Shown one piece after another: positions 23,511-33,297 of a stretch of 64,000 nt of DNA. The notes below the pieces were generated by a model, which had not been told where the DNA came from, searched no databases, and saw nothing but the letters and a program-made list of their open reading frames with translations. A program made the position numbers and the translations under genes. Source of the stretch: Candidatus Melainabacteria bacterium SSGW_16 (GTDB lineage Bacteria; Cyanobacteriota; Vampirovibrionia; 2-02-FULL-35-15); the NCBI GenBank assembly GCA_004769085.1, contig DUDS01000010.1, positions 688 to 64,687 on the forward strand. The letters are read 5' to 3'. Every line of letters starts with the position of its first letter. Positions within the stretch are counted from its first letter, which is position 1.

Positions 23511-24307
23511 AGGCTATATTAATAACTATCCTATTATTCTTCCTTACCGAAGGATATTGCTCAGCTAAAGTTATATTTTCTAAAGAAATATATCTAACGA
23601 ATTTAAATCACTTAAATATTACTAATGAATCAACAAAAAATATAAAACAGCTTAAAGAACTAATAGAATCCAAGAGACCAAAAGCAATATATCTGGAACA
23701 ATGGATACTTCTGGAACCTCACAATAAAAAACTTATAAAGAGACTTCATAAAATTGCACAAAAAAATAAAATTAAATTTTATCTTGTAGTAGGTAAAAAT
23801 AGCTGGATAGGTGACAGGGGTAAGACTAACACACTTTTTTATCTAAATCAGTACAGAAAATACATTGATGGAATAGTCTTAAGGACTGAACCAAACAAAA
23901 TCAATGTCTGGAAAGATGATCCTGGTATAAAAGCTCAGATACTAAATCTGATGCTGGATGCATATTCAGCTATTTATATAGAAGCAAAAAAGTATGATAA
24001 ACAGTTTATTGCAGAGTTCCCATTCTGGTATAGCGATTTTAAAGGTCCTTTAAAACCGTTCCCAGAAGATGTTTGCACATATTCAAGCAAAGTTATTTTT
24101 CTTATTGACGATCCAAAGAAATTAAATGATTTTTCTGCTGACTGGAATGATATTACCTGCATCTACAACATAAATCTAACCAAAAGAGCTACTACATTAA
24201 ATGATGAGAAAATAAATGAAGTATTAAACAAATTAAAATCAACAAATACTTTTTATTCAAACTTTAACGGATTTATTATTGATTCAGATTCCCCACTTTT
24301 AAATTAA
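23492..24307 (+). CDS. hypothetical exported protein, possible degenerate glycoside-hydrolase-like barrel
   Basis: Signal peptide; IDGIVLRTEP and PFWY resemble DGIxxDxEP-type barrel proteins. Confidence 0.65.
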   Translation: MADKIIKAILITILLFFLTEGYCSAKVIFSKEIYLTNLNHLNITNESTKNIKQLKELIESKRPKAIYLEQWILLEPHNKKLIKRLHKIAQKNKIKFYLVVGKNSWIGDRGKTNTLFYLNQYRKYIDGIVLRTEPNKINVWKDDPGIKAQILNLMLDAYSAIYIEAKKYDKQFIAEFPFWYSDFKGPLKPFPEDVCTYSSKVIFLIDDPKKLNDFSADWNDITCIYNINLTKRATTLNDEKINEVLNKLKSTNTFYSNFNGFIIDSDSPLLN

Positions 24308-24402
24308 ATACAACCCTGATAAAGGATAATTTAAAGGGTTAGCTCTATTAAATCAATATTATCTTTTAGGTAAATTTGCCGATTTCTTCTTTGAGGGTTC
24401 AA

Positions 24403-24915
24403 GTGAAGAAATTAAACAAATTATTAATCAAATTAATCTCAATTGCACTAATAATTGGAAATTGTAGTCAAGTACTTGCCCTATATATACCAAAAGAAAA
24501 TGATGCATCTTATTATGTTAAAGAAAAATTCTTAGGTAGGTGGGACATGCAGACAATTGTCACTGACTCAAATTGTCCATTCGTCCTAAAAGGAACAACA
24601 ACTGAATCAAACCTAGAGATAGCACCAGTCCCAAACTCTGAACCTGGAAGCAACTTATTAAAAACTTCTTGGCAGGGAGGCCAGTGGAGTAAAAGCTCTG
24701 GTACACTTAAAATTTTAAATAATAATGAAGCTGTTTCTGAAAGAATCACTGAATATACCACCAAGGACAATAACAGCTGGAAGGCAGTTTTAATTGATCA
24801 TTTAAGATTAAGTGAGAATGATACTATCCACTCGGAAAGTATAGTAATACAATACAAAAATAATGCTCTTGTAGGAAAATACAAAACATATTCAATCCTT
24901 ACAAAATTAGATTAA
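24403..24915 (+). CDS. hypothetical exported protein
   Basis: GTG start after a GAGGG SD-like sequence; signal peptide ending VLA; beta-rich mature part. Confidence 0.72.
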   Translation: MKKLNKLLIKLISIALIIGNCSQVLALYIPKENDASYYVKEKFLGRWDMQTIVTDSNCPFVLKGTTTESNLEIAPVPNSEPGSNLLKTSWQGGQWSKSSGTLKILNNNEAVSERITEYTTKDNNSWKAVLIDHLRLSENDTIHSESIVIQYKNNALVGKYKTYSILTKLD

Positions 24916-25046
24916 AAATCAGTAACCTAATTCAAGCGACATACATAATAAAATTCTTATTAATTTTTTTAAACTAATTCACAAATCAGCTTAAAAATAA
25001 ATTTTGAAACTATAATTTAAGTTGTTTCAATAAACTCAACAAAATT

Positions 25047-25172
25047 ATGGATAGCACCATCTTTCAAGAAACAATAAAGATTTCAATATCACAATTAGGA
25101 TTAATAATTTTTGTTGTTCTATTATTTATCTACTTGTTTATTGCACTGTTTTTCCCGGAGAAATTTATTTAA
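25047..25172 (+). CDS. kdpF: Kdp ATPase small subunit F (41 aa; absent from ORF track)
   Basis: Translates to MDSTIFQETIKISISQLGLIIFVVLLFIYLFIALFFPEKFI*: one TM ending in a KdpF-type YLxxALxxPEKF motif, stopping 1 nt before the kdpA GTG. Confidence 0.88.
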   Translation: MDSTIFQETIKISISQLGLIIFVVLLFIYLFIALFFPEKFI

Positions 25173-25173
25173 A

Positions 25174-26859
25174 GTGATAGAACTAATCTTATTTATAGTT
25201 CTTTTAATGGTTATTTTATTACCTCTAAGTTATTTGTTAGGAAAATTCATATCGATTAATTTTAGCGAATCTAATGAACCACAAAAATCAAGACTGCAGA
25301 ATATTTTTGAATGTATAGAAAAACCTATATATAAAATATGCGGGATAAACCCAAAGTCTGAGAAGTCAGCTAAAGAATACTTTTTTTCATTGTTCTGGTC
25401 AAATATGGTTCTTTCTGCCATATGTTTTTTTGGGCTATACTACCAGAATAGATTACCATTCAATGGTTTAGTAAATCATCAACTTGATCTACCCATAATT
25501 TTTCATATTCTTTCATCATTAATTACAAATACATGCCAGACACATCACATACCGGAACTACATCTGACTCCTTTTTCTAACATCTTTATACTCTCAGTAC
25601 TAATGTTCTATTCAAGCGCAAGTGGAATTGCAACAGGCATAATGGCAATGAGAGCAATAATTCTGGGGAAAATAGGAAATCCATACACAGATGTAATAAA
25701 AGCTATGACCCGAATCCTATTTCCTATCTGTTTTATAGTCACAATTATTTTTACGGCCCTAGGGATGCCAAACACATTCAATACACATATAAGCTATGAA
25801 ACAATAGAAAATATAAAAGAAACTCTTATCCTTGGTCCAGTTGCAGGTTTTGAAGCTATTAAACTGATAGGAGAAAACGGTCAATCGTGTTTTAACGCAA
25901 ACTCAGCTCATCCTTTTGAGAATCCATCATATCTGACAAATTTTATACAAATCATTTGTATACTAATAGTTCCTACTGCACTAATTATTACTTTAGGATT
26001 CTGGTTAAAAAATCACAGACAATCCTGGATAATATTGTCTGTCTTATTTTCTGCATTAATATTTGAATTTATTACTGTAGGAGTTCTTGAATTAAACGGT
26101 AATCACGGACTAAATAGTATTATTAATAGCAAGCAACCCAACTGGGTAGGAAAAGAAACAAGACTTGGGATAGTTGGTTCATCAGTCTTTGAGGCTGCAA
26201 TATCAAATGTAAGTGGTTCATCAAATTCTGCACTTGAAAGTTTTCACCCTGTAACTATAGCTCTTTCACTTTTTAATCTTTCAAACCAGTCATTTTTTGG
26301 TGTACAAGGGTTTGGACTTGTTTTTACAATAAATTTTATTTTATATACTGTATTTCTTATAGGACTAATACTAGGAAAAACACCTGAAATATTTGGAAAA
26401 AGAATTGGAAAAAATGAGATATTACTTAGCTCAGCCCTGCTTTTAATAAACCCAATACTGGTTTTATTGTCCGTAGTTTTTACACTGAACTTTCATCCTA
26501 TAAGGTCAACTTCATTTTATGAACACGTACACTATTTTACACAGGTATTTTATGAATTTGCATCAGGAGCAGCCAGTAATGGTTCTGGACTTGAAAGTTT
26601 AAACGATAACACGCCTTATTGGAATATAAGTCTTGCAATAGTTATGTTTTTAGCAAGGTATTTAGCAATGGGATCAATGATTATGCTTGGGGGTTCACTT
26701 GCAAAAAAACCAGCTATTCCAACAACGCAAGCAACATTTAAAACAGATACAGTCCTTTTTGGTTTTACATTTTTATTCATGTCAGTTATTACAACAACAC
26801 TTACTTACTTCCCTTTTATAGTTCTTAGTACGTTAACGGAGATCCTCATGCATGGTTAA
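25174..26859 (+). CDS. kdpA: Kdp ATPase subunit A, divergent selectivity filter
   Basis: GPVA..EAIK, NANSAHPFENP, GKETRLG, GKTPE.FGK and SNGSG motifs. GTG start at 25174 just after kdpF. Confidence 0.92.
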   Translation: MIELILFIVLLMVILLPLSYLLGKFISINFSESNEPQKSRLQNIFECIEKPIYKICGINPKSEKSAKEYFFSLFWSNMVLSAICFFGLYYQNRLPFNGLVNHQLDLPIIFHILSSLITNTCQTHHIPELHLTPFSNIFILSVLMFYSSASGIATGIMAMRAIILGKIGNPYTDVIKAMTRILFPICFIVTIIFTALGMPNTFNTHISYETIENIKETLILGPVAGFEAIKLIGENGQSCFNANSAHPFENPSYLTNFIQIICILIVPTALIITLGFWLKNHRQSWIILSVLFSALIFEFITVGVLELNGNHGLNSIINSKQPNWVGKETRLGIVGSSVFEAAISNVSGSSNSALESFHPVTIALSLFNLSNQSFFGVQGFGLVFTINFILYTVFLIGLILGKTPEIFGKRIGKNEILLSSALLLINPILVLLSVVFTLNFHPIRSTSFYEHVHYFTQVFYEFASGAASNGSGLESLNDNTPYWNISLAIVMFLARYLAMGSMIMLGGSLAKKPAIPTTQATFKTDTVLFGFTFLFMSVITTTLTYFPFIVLSTLTEILMHG

Positions 26860-28906
26860 AAGAACTCAAAAATCTCAGAACAAACATGGCTTCAGTATAA
26901 ATTATTCTCATGTACTGCCATATGCATTTATTGATTCTCTGAAACAATTTAACCTGCTTTCAATGCTGAAAAATCCGATCATGTTTGTAGTTGAAGCATG
27001 CTTTATTCTGATGATTATAATAACAATAAAGCCTGACTTGTTTGGTCCAACATCATTAAGCAGGATTGATAATTTGTTAATTACATTAATCCTTTTTCTA
27101 ACAATATTTTTTTCAAATCTGGCAGAAATGACAGCCAAACATCTTGCCAGAGCACAATCAGAGGGTCTCTCAATAATTCATGGAGACATCGAAGTAAAGA
27201 GAGTGCTTCCAAATGGAATGATTGAGTATATATTTACATCACAGCTTGAAAAAGGAAACATTATAAAAGTAAAAGAGGGAGATTTAATCCCTGTTGATGG
27301 TGAAGTTATCGAGGGGATTGCTGCTGTTGATGAATCAGCAATAACTGGCGAATCATCATCAGTTTTAAAAGAACCTGGCACTGATACATCAAGCTCAGTT
27401 ACTAGCGGGACAAGAGTCTTAGCAGACTGGTTACTTATAAAAGTAACTTCAGAAGCAGGGCAAACATACATAGATCAGATGGCAAGTATTGCAGAAGAAA
27501 CCGAAAGACATAAATCTCCTAATGAAATAAGTTTAACTGTTCAATTAATTGGAATTGCGATTTCATTTCTTGTTGTAACTGTAACATTACCAGGATTACT
27601 TATCTATTTTAATACACGTGTTGAATTTTCATTTTTAATTGCATTGTTAATTTGCTTGTTACCCACAACAATTGGATCATTAATAACACCAATAAGAATT
27701 TCAGGATTTGACAGAATTAACAAATTAAATGTTCTTGTTATGTCAGAAAAATTGCTCGAATGTGCTGGTGATATTGATCTTTTACTATTGGATAAAACTG
27801 GCACAATCACATTTGGCAATAGGATGGCAAATGAATTTATACCGCTTGGTTCATACTCAATAACTGATGTAGCAAAAATGGCATTTATAGCAAGTTATTT
27901 TGATCAAACCCCTGAGGGTAAATCAATCCTTGCTCTTGCAAAAAGATACGGTGCAGAGATTGATATAAAACAGATCAGCGGTACACCTCACGAATTTACT
28001 GCACATACCAGAATGAGTGGTATAGATCTTGATAATGGAGAGGTGCTGAGAAAAGGTGCCTGTGATGTAATCAAAAAACTTGTAATCTCAAAACAGGGAA
28101 AAATATGGAATAATACAGATCAAATAATAGAAAGCATAGCTGCACAAGGTGGTACACCTTTATTGATTTCCAAGAACAATGAAATAATCGGGCTAATAAA
28201 TTTAAAAGATATGATAAAACCTTCGATAAAAGAAAGGTTCAGAGAAACTACAACTTTAGGAGTTAAAACTATAATGTGCACAGGTGATAATGTAACTACT
28301 GCTAAAGCAATTACAAAAGAAACTGGAATAGAAGACTATATTGCACAGACAAAACCTGAAGAAAAGATACACCTGATTAGAAACTATCAGTCAAAGGGTA
28401 TGGTAGTAGGGATGATTGGTGATGGAACAAACGATGCACCAGCTCTTGCGCAGGCAGATATAGGATTATCAATGAATACAGGAACGATCGCAGCAAAAGA
28501 AGCTTCAAATATGATAGATCTGGATTCCGATCCAACCAAAATTATTGAGATTATAAGAATAGGAAGGCAATTACTTACAACAAGAGGAGCACTTACAACA
28601 TTTTCAATAACAAATGATATATCTAAATATTTTGCTATTTTACCTGCAATTATAACAATTCCTGGGCTTGAAATACTTAACATAATGCATCTAAACTCCG
28701 GCTTGTCAGCAATTATTTCAACACTTATTTTCAATATGATTATTATTCCAATTATGATGCCATTAGCAATGAGAGGAGTTGAAGTTAAAGCAATTGAGCC
28801 ACAAAAGATGCTCAGACATAACTTACTGCTGTTCGGCATTGGTGGTTTAATAATTCCATTTATAGGAATAAAATTAATTGATATTCTTATGGGGAGATTT
28901 TTGTAA
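26852..28906 (+). CDS. kdpB: Kdp P-type ATPase subunit B
   Basis: NPIMFVVE, DESAITGES, CLLPTTIG, DKTGTIT, TGDN, GDGTNDAPALAQAD and NDISKYF motifs. Confidence 0.96.
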   Translation: MVKRTQKSQNKHGFSINYSHVLPYAFIDSLKQFNLLSMLKNPIMFVVEACFILMIIITIKPDLFGPTSLSRIDNLLITLILFLTIFFSNLAEMTAKHLARAQSEGLSIIHGDIEVKRVLPNGMIEYIFTSQLEKGNIIKVKEGDLIPVDGEVIEGIAAVDESAITGESSSVLKEPGTDTSSSVTSGTRVLADWLLIKVTSEAGQTYIDQMASIAEETERHKSPNEISLTVQLIGIAISFLVVTVTLPGLLIYFNTRVEFSFLIALLICLLPTTIGSLITPIRISGFDRINKLNVLVMSEKLLECAGDIDLLLLDKTGTITFGNRMANEFIPLGSYSITDVAKMAFIASYFDQTPEGKSILALAKRYGAEIDIKQISGTPHEFTAHTRMSGIDLDNGEVLRKGACDVIKKLVISKQGKIWNNTDQIIESIAAQGGTPLLISKNNEIIGLINLKDMIKPSIKERFRETTTLGVKTIMCTGDNVTTAKAITKETGIEDYIAQTKPEEKIHLIRNYQSKGMVVGMIGDGTNDAPALAQADIGLSMNTGTIAAKEASNMIDLDSDPTKIIEIIRIGRQLLTTRGALTTFSITNDISKYFAILPAIITIPGLEILNIMHLNSGLSAIISTLIFNMIIIPIMMPLAMRGVEVKAIEPQKMLRHNLLLFGIGGLIIPFIGIKLIDILMGRFL

Positions 28907-29463
28907 TGTCTGGCTTAAGAGTCTGCATAATAACATTTGTTTTAACTGCAATGTATTTTGTTTTAACTGTTGCAGCAACAAATATTTTTTTCTTTAATAA
29001 GTCTAACGGCAGTCTCATAAAAGAAAGCAAAAAAATAATAGGATCCAGAATAATAGGACAAAGTTTTACAAATAATATTTATTTTCACGGGAGACCCTCA
29101 CTGAACAATTACAGAAATAATATTTCAGGGAATTCAAATTTCCCACATTACTCAATCAGGTTAAAGGAAAATATTTCAGGAAATATTGTTAAATATAAGA
29201 AGAAAAATCAAAACAGCAATTTTGATTTAAATATAATTAGTGAATCTGCCTCTGGATTAGATCCACACATTACCTATAAAGGTGCTATCGGACAAATTGA
29301 TAGAATTTCGGCAAATACAGGAATTAAGAAGGAAAGTCTTATCAACCTTATTGTGAAAAAGTCAAAGCCAAGAATATTTGGTATCTTTGGGGAAAGAATT
29401 GTAAATGTTCTAGAATTAAATATAGAACTAAATAAAATTTATGCCGAAGAGACTGGATCCTGA
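28906..29463 (+). CDS. kdpC: Kdp ATPase subunit C
   Basis: N-terminal TM, GSRIIGQSF, YFHGRPS, SASGLDPHIT and VNVLELN motifs. Confidence 0.93.
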   Translation: MSGLRVCIITFVLTAMYFVLTVAATNIFFFNKSNGSLIKESKKIIGSRIIGQSFTNNIYFHGRPSLNNYRNNISGNSNFPHYSIRLKENISGNIVKYKKKNQNSNFDLNIISESASGLDPHITYKGAIGQIDRISANTGIKKESLINLIVKKSKPRIFGIFGERIVNVLELNIELNKIYAEETGS

Positions 29464-31672
29464 TGAAATACTAAAACAAATAGTTAAATTGTCTAGCGGC
29501 AGACATAAGATTTATCTTGGCGTAGCACCTGGAACTGGTAAAACTTTCAGAATGCTTGAAGAAGCACTTGATCTAAAAAACAAGGGCGTGGATATAGTTA
29601 TTGGTTATATTGAAATGCAAAACAGACCAGAGAATCACAATCTTATAAATTCATTTCCTGCCATTCCAAGAAAAAAATTTACCATAAATGATAAAGATTT
29701 TTACGACATGGATCTGGATGCAATTATTGAAAGAAGGCCTGCAACAATTATTGTTGACGAACTTGCACATAATAATATTTCAGGCTCCAGGAATCAAAAG
29801 AGATATCAGGACATACAGGATCTTTTAAAAGAAGGTATTAGTGTTCTTTCCACATTAAATATTCATCAACTTGATGGTATTGCACCTATAGTAGAAAAAA
29901 GTTTTGGTATCAAAATAAATGAAACTGTTCCTGACTGGGTACTAAACCAGGCTGAAGAAGTTGTTTTGATAGATATCTCAATTGATGAACTTTATAACAG
30001 GCTACACTCTAAGCAAATATACACAGGCGAACAATTAAAACACGCATTAAATAATTTCTTTAAAAGAAGCAATTTAAATCTTTTAAGAGATCTTGCACTT
30101 AATTTCCTAGCTGAAAGAGTTGATATAGAAGTAGTCACAGAAAAATTAAAAGCAAAAATAAAAGACAGGATACTCGTTGCAGCAAGTCCGGAAGAAAGCT
30201 CAATTAATTTAATCAATCATGCCTCTGAAATAGCCAAGGCTATTCATGGAGACCTAGATATTGTCTGCTTTTTAAAAGACAATGTTAACCAGGATCTGTT
30301 AAACAAAATAAGAGAAACATGCAAATTAAAAAACGGTAATTTATTCCTGATAAAAGATATAAGAAAAAGTGTTGCGGATGAATTGATTCATTTGATTAAT
30401 TTAAACAGAATAACACAGGTAATTACCGGATATGAAAAAAAACAAAAGTTTGGAAATATTTTTCATAAATCAATTGCTCTCGAAGTACTAAATAAAACAA
30501 ACGATCTTGATTTACTGATACTTAAGACAAATAATAATGATGAATCATTATCAGAAAGCACACAAAATAAATCAACACAAGCGACATACCCTACGGGTAA
30601 ACAAGGGAATTTCAAGTTTGGAAAATTAAAAATATATATAGGAATGGCACCTGGTGTAGGTAAAACATACAAAATGCTTCAGGATGGAAGAGAATTACAG
30701 AAACAGGGCATAAATGTTTTGCTAGGAGTAATTGATACTCACGGAAGAACTGAAACAGCAAAACTTATGGATGGATTACCAGTGCTACAACCAAAACTTA
30801 TTGAACATAAGGGAAAATATTTACCAGAATTTGATCTGGAAGGAGCAATACTTACAAAACCAGAGTATATCCTAGTGGATGAACTTGCACATACTAATGC
30901 ACCAAGATCAATAAATAATAAACGATATCAGGATGTTCAGTATCTTTTAAGAGCAGGAATTAACGTACTGTCCACAGTAAATATACAACACATTGAAAGT
31001 TTAAACGACACAGTGGAACAGGTGACAGGAATAAAAGTCAGGGAAACCGTGCCAGACTGGGTTATCTCACACGCAAGTGAAATAGTTCTTATTGATCTTA
31101 GTCCTGAAGCCCTACAGGAAAGGTTAAAAGCAGGAAAAATTTATACAATAGACAAAATAGAACAAGCATTAACACACTTTTTCCAAAGAAAAAATCTTAT
31201 AGCACTTAGAGAACTCTCATTAAGAGAAGTCGCAGAAAGTGTTGAACATGAACTATATCCAAAAGAAAAAAAGGTAAAAATCTTGAGCTTTGTAGATATA
31301 AACCCCGATACATTAAAGCTGGTGAGAAAATCTGCAAGAATTGCAAACAGGCTTCAGGGAGAATTAATTGTTATGCATATACTTAAAAACACAAAAGCAT
31401 ATTCAGAAGAAAAAAAACTTGCAATTATTGAACTTGAACAGCTTATAGTAGAAATTGGGGGTGACTTCAGGCTCGTAGAAGGAAGGAATATTATAGAAGA
31501 AATGAAAAAAGCAGAAGAAAAAGTAAAACCACACTACATTATTGTAGGAGAACCAAAACACAATACAACTTTTCCGTTCCTTCAGGGAGCTGTCACAAAG
31601 CACATCTTGAAGAACATTTCTGATTCTCACATATGGATAGTAAGCGAATTTCAGTCTGAACTAGAAGAGTAA
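29441..31672 (+). CDS. kdpD: kinase-less KdpD-like protein: two tandem KdpD N-terminal + Usp modules
   Basis: Two Walker-A motifs (G[VM]APG[TV]GKT), two VDELAH, two RYQD, two LST.NI and two ETVPDWV motifs. No TM helices, H-box or HATPase domain seen. Confidence 0.88.
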   Translation: MPKRLDPDEILKQIVKLSSGRHKIYLGVAPGTGKTFRMLEEALDLKNKGVDIVIGYIEMQNRPENHNLINSFPAIPRKKFTINDKDFYDMDLDAIIERRPATIIVDELAHNNISGSRNQKRYQDIQDLLKEGISVLSTLNIHQLDGIAPIVEKSFGIKINETVPDWVLNQAEEVVLIDISIDELYNRLHSKQIYTGEQLKHALNNFFKRSNLNLLRDLALNFLAERVDIEVVTEKLKAKIKDRILVAASPEESSINLINHASEIAKAIHGDLDIVCFLKDNVNQDLLNKIRETCKLKNGNLFLIKDIRKSVADELIHLINLNRITQVITGYEKKQKFGNIFHKSIALEVLNKTNDLDLLILKTNNNDESLSESTQNKSTQATYPTGKQGNFKFGKLKIYIGMAPGVGKTYKMLQDGRELQKQGINVLLGVIDTHGRTETAKLMDGLPVLQPKLIEHKGKYLPEFDLEGAILTKPEYILVDELAHTNAPRSINNKRYQDVQYLLRAGINVLSTVNIQHIESLNDTVEQVTGIKVRETVPDWVISHASEIVLIDLSPEALQERLKAGKIYTIDKIEQALTHFFQRKNLIALRELSLREVAESVEHELYPKEKKVKILSFVDINPDTLKLVRKSARIANRLQGELIVMHILKNTKAYSEEKKLAIIELEQLIVEIGGDFRLVEGRNIIEEMKKAEEKVKPHYIIVGEPKHNTTFPFLQGAVTKHILKNISDSHIWIVSEFQSELEE

Positions 31673-31728
31673 GAAACTTAGTTACTGCCTACCTACTGCT
31701 GTAATTTTATAGTTAACTCACTTGTAAT

Positions 31729-31839
31729 GAAAGGTTTTGGCGATTCATTCGGCAAAACCTGTAGAATGTTAGGAATAGCAGACCGTAAGTACTTTGCAAA
31801 GCCCGACAAGCGAAGAATGAGCAAGGAGGGCGGTAGGTA
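31729..31839. repeat. dispersed structured intergenic repeat, copy C (inverted relative to A/B)
   Basis: Reverse complement shares CCGCCCTCCT, CGCTTGTCGGGCTTTGCAA, TAACATTCTACAG and TTTTGCCGAA with copy A. Confidence 0.85.
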
Positions 31840-31849
31840 GAAACGAGAC

Positions 31850-33184
31850 TTACTTAGATACCTTTTTAATGATTAACGGAATTTTCCTTCTGTTAAGAAA
31901 GAAAAAATATGCGGGTACACCACTAAATGCAAGCAGAAGTCCAAATACAGTTCCTTTTAAAGGTGAAATTATACTTACAGCATTTGCTATTGTTACTAAA
32001 ATAATACAAGCAAAAAGCATTACAATAGATAACCAAAATCCAGTCTTTCCAAAAGGTATCTGGAAATGAAGACCATCTTCAGGTATTTTCTTTCTAAGAA
32101 TTATTAAGGCAATAGCTTCAAGTGAAATTGCTATTAGGTACAAAAAGACATCATAAACAACCAGATTTTTAAAATCTACCAACACAAGAAAACTATATAA
32201 AACAGAAACAAATATTATTGCTATATAAGGCGTTTGAAATTTATTATGAATTTTTGAAAACATTGATGGGAGAAGATTATCATCTGCCATTGTTGAAAAA
32301 ATACGTGTAGATGAAAGCATGAGAGAATTAAACAAACCCAGACACATAGCCATACCACCAATTGTTAACACAACAGCCAGTACAGGGTGCCCCATAATTA
32401 TTGATATTCTTGAAAACTCACCAAACGTCCAGTTCCCCCAGCTAGTATTAATAGACAGAGCAACTATAAGAGTAAAAAAATAAAAAAATACAATTATTGG
32501 AACATTAATAAACATTGATCTGCGATAGTTATGATTAGGATTATGAACTTCATCAAGAACAGTAGATGAATTATCCCACCCAATAAAATTCCAGAATGCT
32601 AATGATAGTCCATATAATACATTGTTTCCTGTTAAATGATTACGAGCATTTAAAATTGGTGAGAAATCAAATGAGAGATATTTCATGCCAAATACAATAA
32701 AAAAGAGAAATGAAATTAAAATAAAAGAAGTGAAAAGTCCAAGTACATATCCAACAGTTCTTATCCCAAGAATATTAAATAATGCTGATATCCATATAAC
32801 AGTAAGTTGTATAATATAAAACTGAATAAAGCTTAAATCCGGAAAAAAGAATTTAAGATAGGCTGTAAATAAAATAGGATAAAGCGATAAATCAATTATC
32901 GTATATAAGATACTCCACCAGCCTTCCATAAATCCCCAAAACCTGCCAAGCCCCATATAAACCCAGCGATAGTATCCCCCCTGAACAGGATAATTACTTG
33001 AAAGTTCAGCAACAATAAGGCATTCAGGAATAGTCCAAACAAGTGGTATAAGAGTAATCAGCATTAGTGTGCAAAGAGGACCGACAGATGCAACTATCTC
33101 CTCAAGACCATATGGTCCACCACTTACTGAAAAAAACATTATAGGTATTAATGCTAATAGCTTTGCTTTTTTTCTGGGTTTCAT
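31850..33184 (-). CDS. APC-family amino acid/polyamine permease
   Basis: About 12 TM; VSGGPYGLE, AELSS.YP..GG, FWNFIGWD and TPYIAI motifs. Confidence 0.9.
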   Translation of the reverse strand: MKPRKKAKLLALIPIMFFSVSGGPYGLEEIVASVGPLCTLMLITLIPLVWTIPECLIVAELSSNYPVQGGYYRWVYMGLGRFWGFMEGWWSILYTIIDLSLYPILFTAYLKFFFPDLSFIQFYIIQLTVIWISALFNILGIRTVGYVLGLFTSFILISFLFFIVFGMKYLSFDFSPILNARNHLTGNNVLYGLSLAFWNFIGWDNSSTVLDEVHNPNHNYRRSMFINVPIIVFFYFFTLIVALSINTSWGNWTFGEFSRISIIMGHPVLAVVLTIGGMAMCLGLFNSLMLSSTRIFSTMADDNLLPSMFSKIHNKFQTPYIAIIFVSVLYSFLVLVDFKNLVVYDVFLYLIAISLEAIALIILRKKIPEDGLHFQIPFGKTGFWLSIVMLFACIILVTIANAVSIISPLKGTVFGLLLAFSGVPAYFFFLNRRKIPLIIKKVSK

Positions 33185-33297
33185 TATTCTTTAAAACTAG
33201 TTTTATTAAAGAGAATCGAACGCATATATATTACATTAATAATCAAGTATAATATCCAGAGTTAAAACCTATTGATATCAAACTAAATAATACATCA

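Noticed and set aside
25111..25173. ORF-track N-terminal extension of kdpA
   Set aside because: It overlaps kdpF in another frame; GTG 25174 is the better start.
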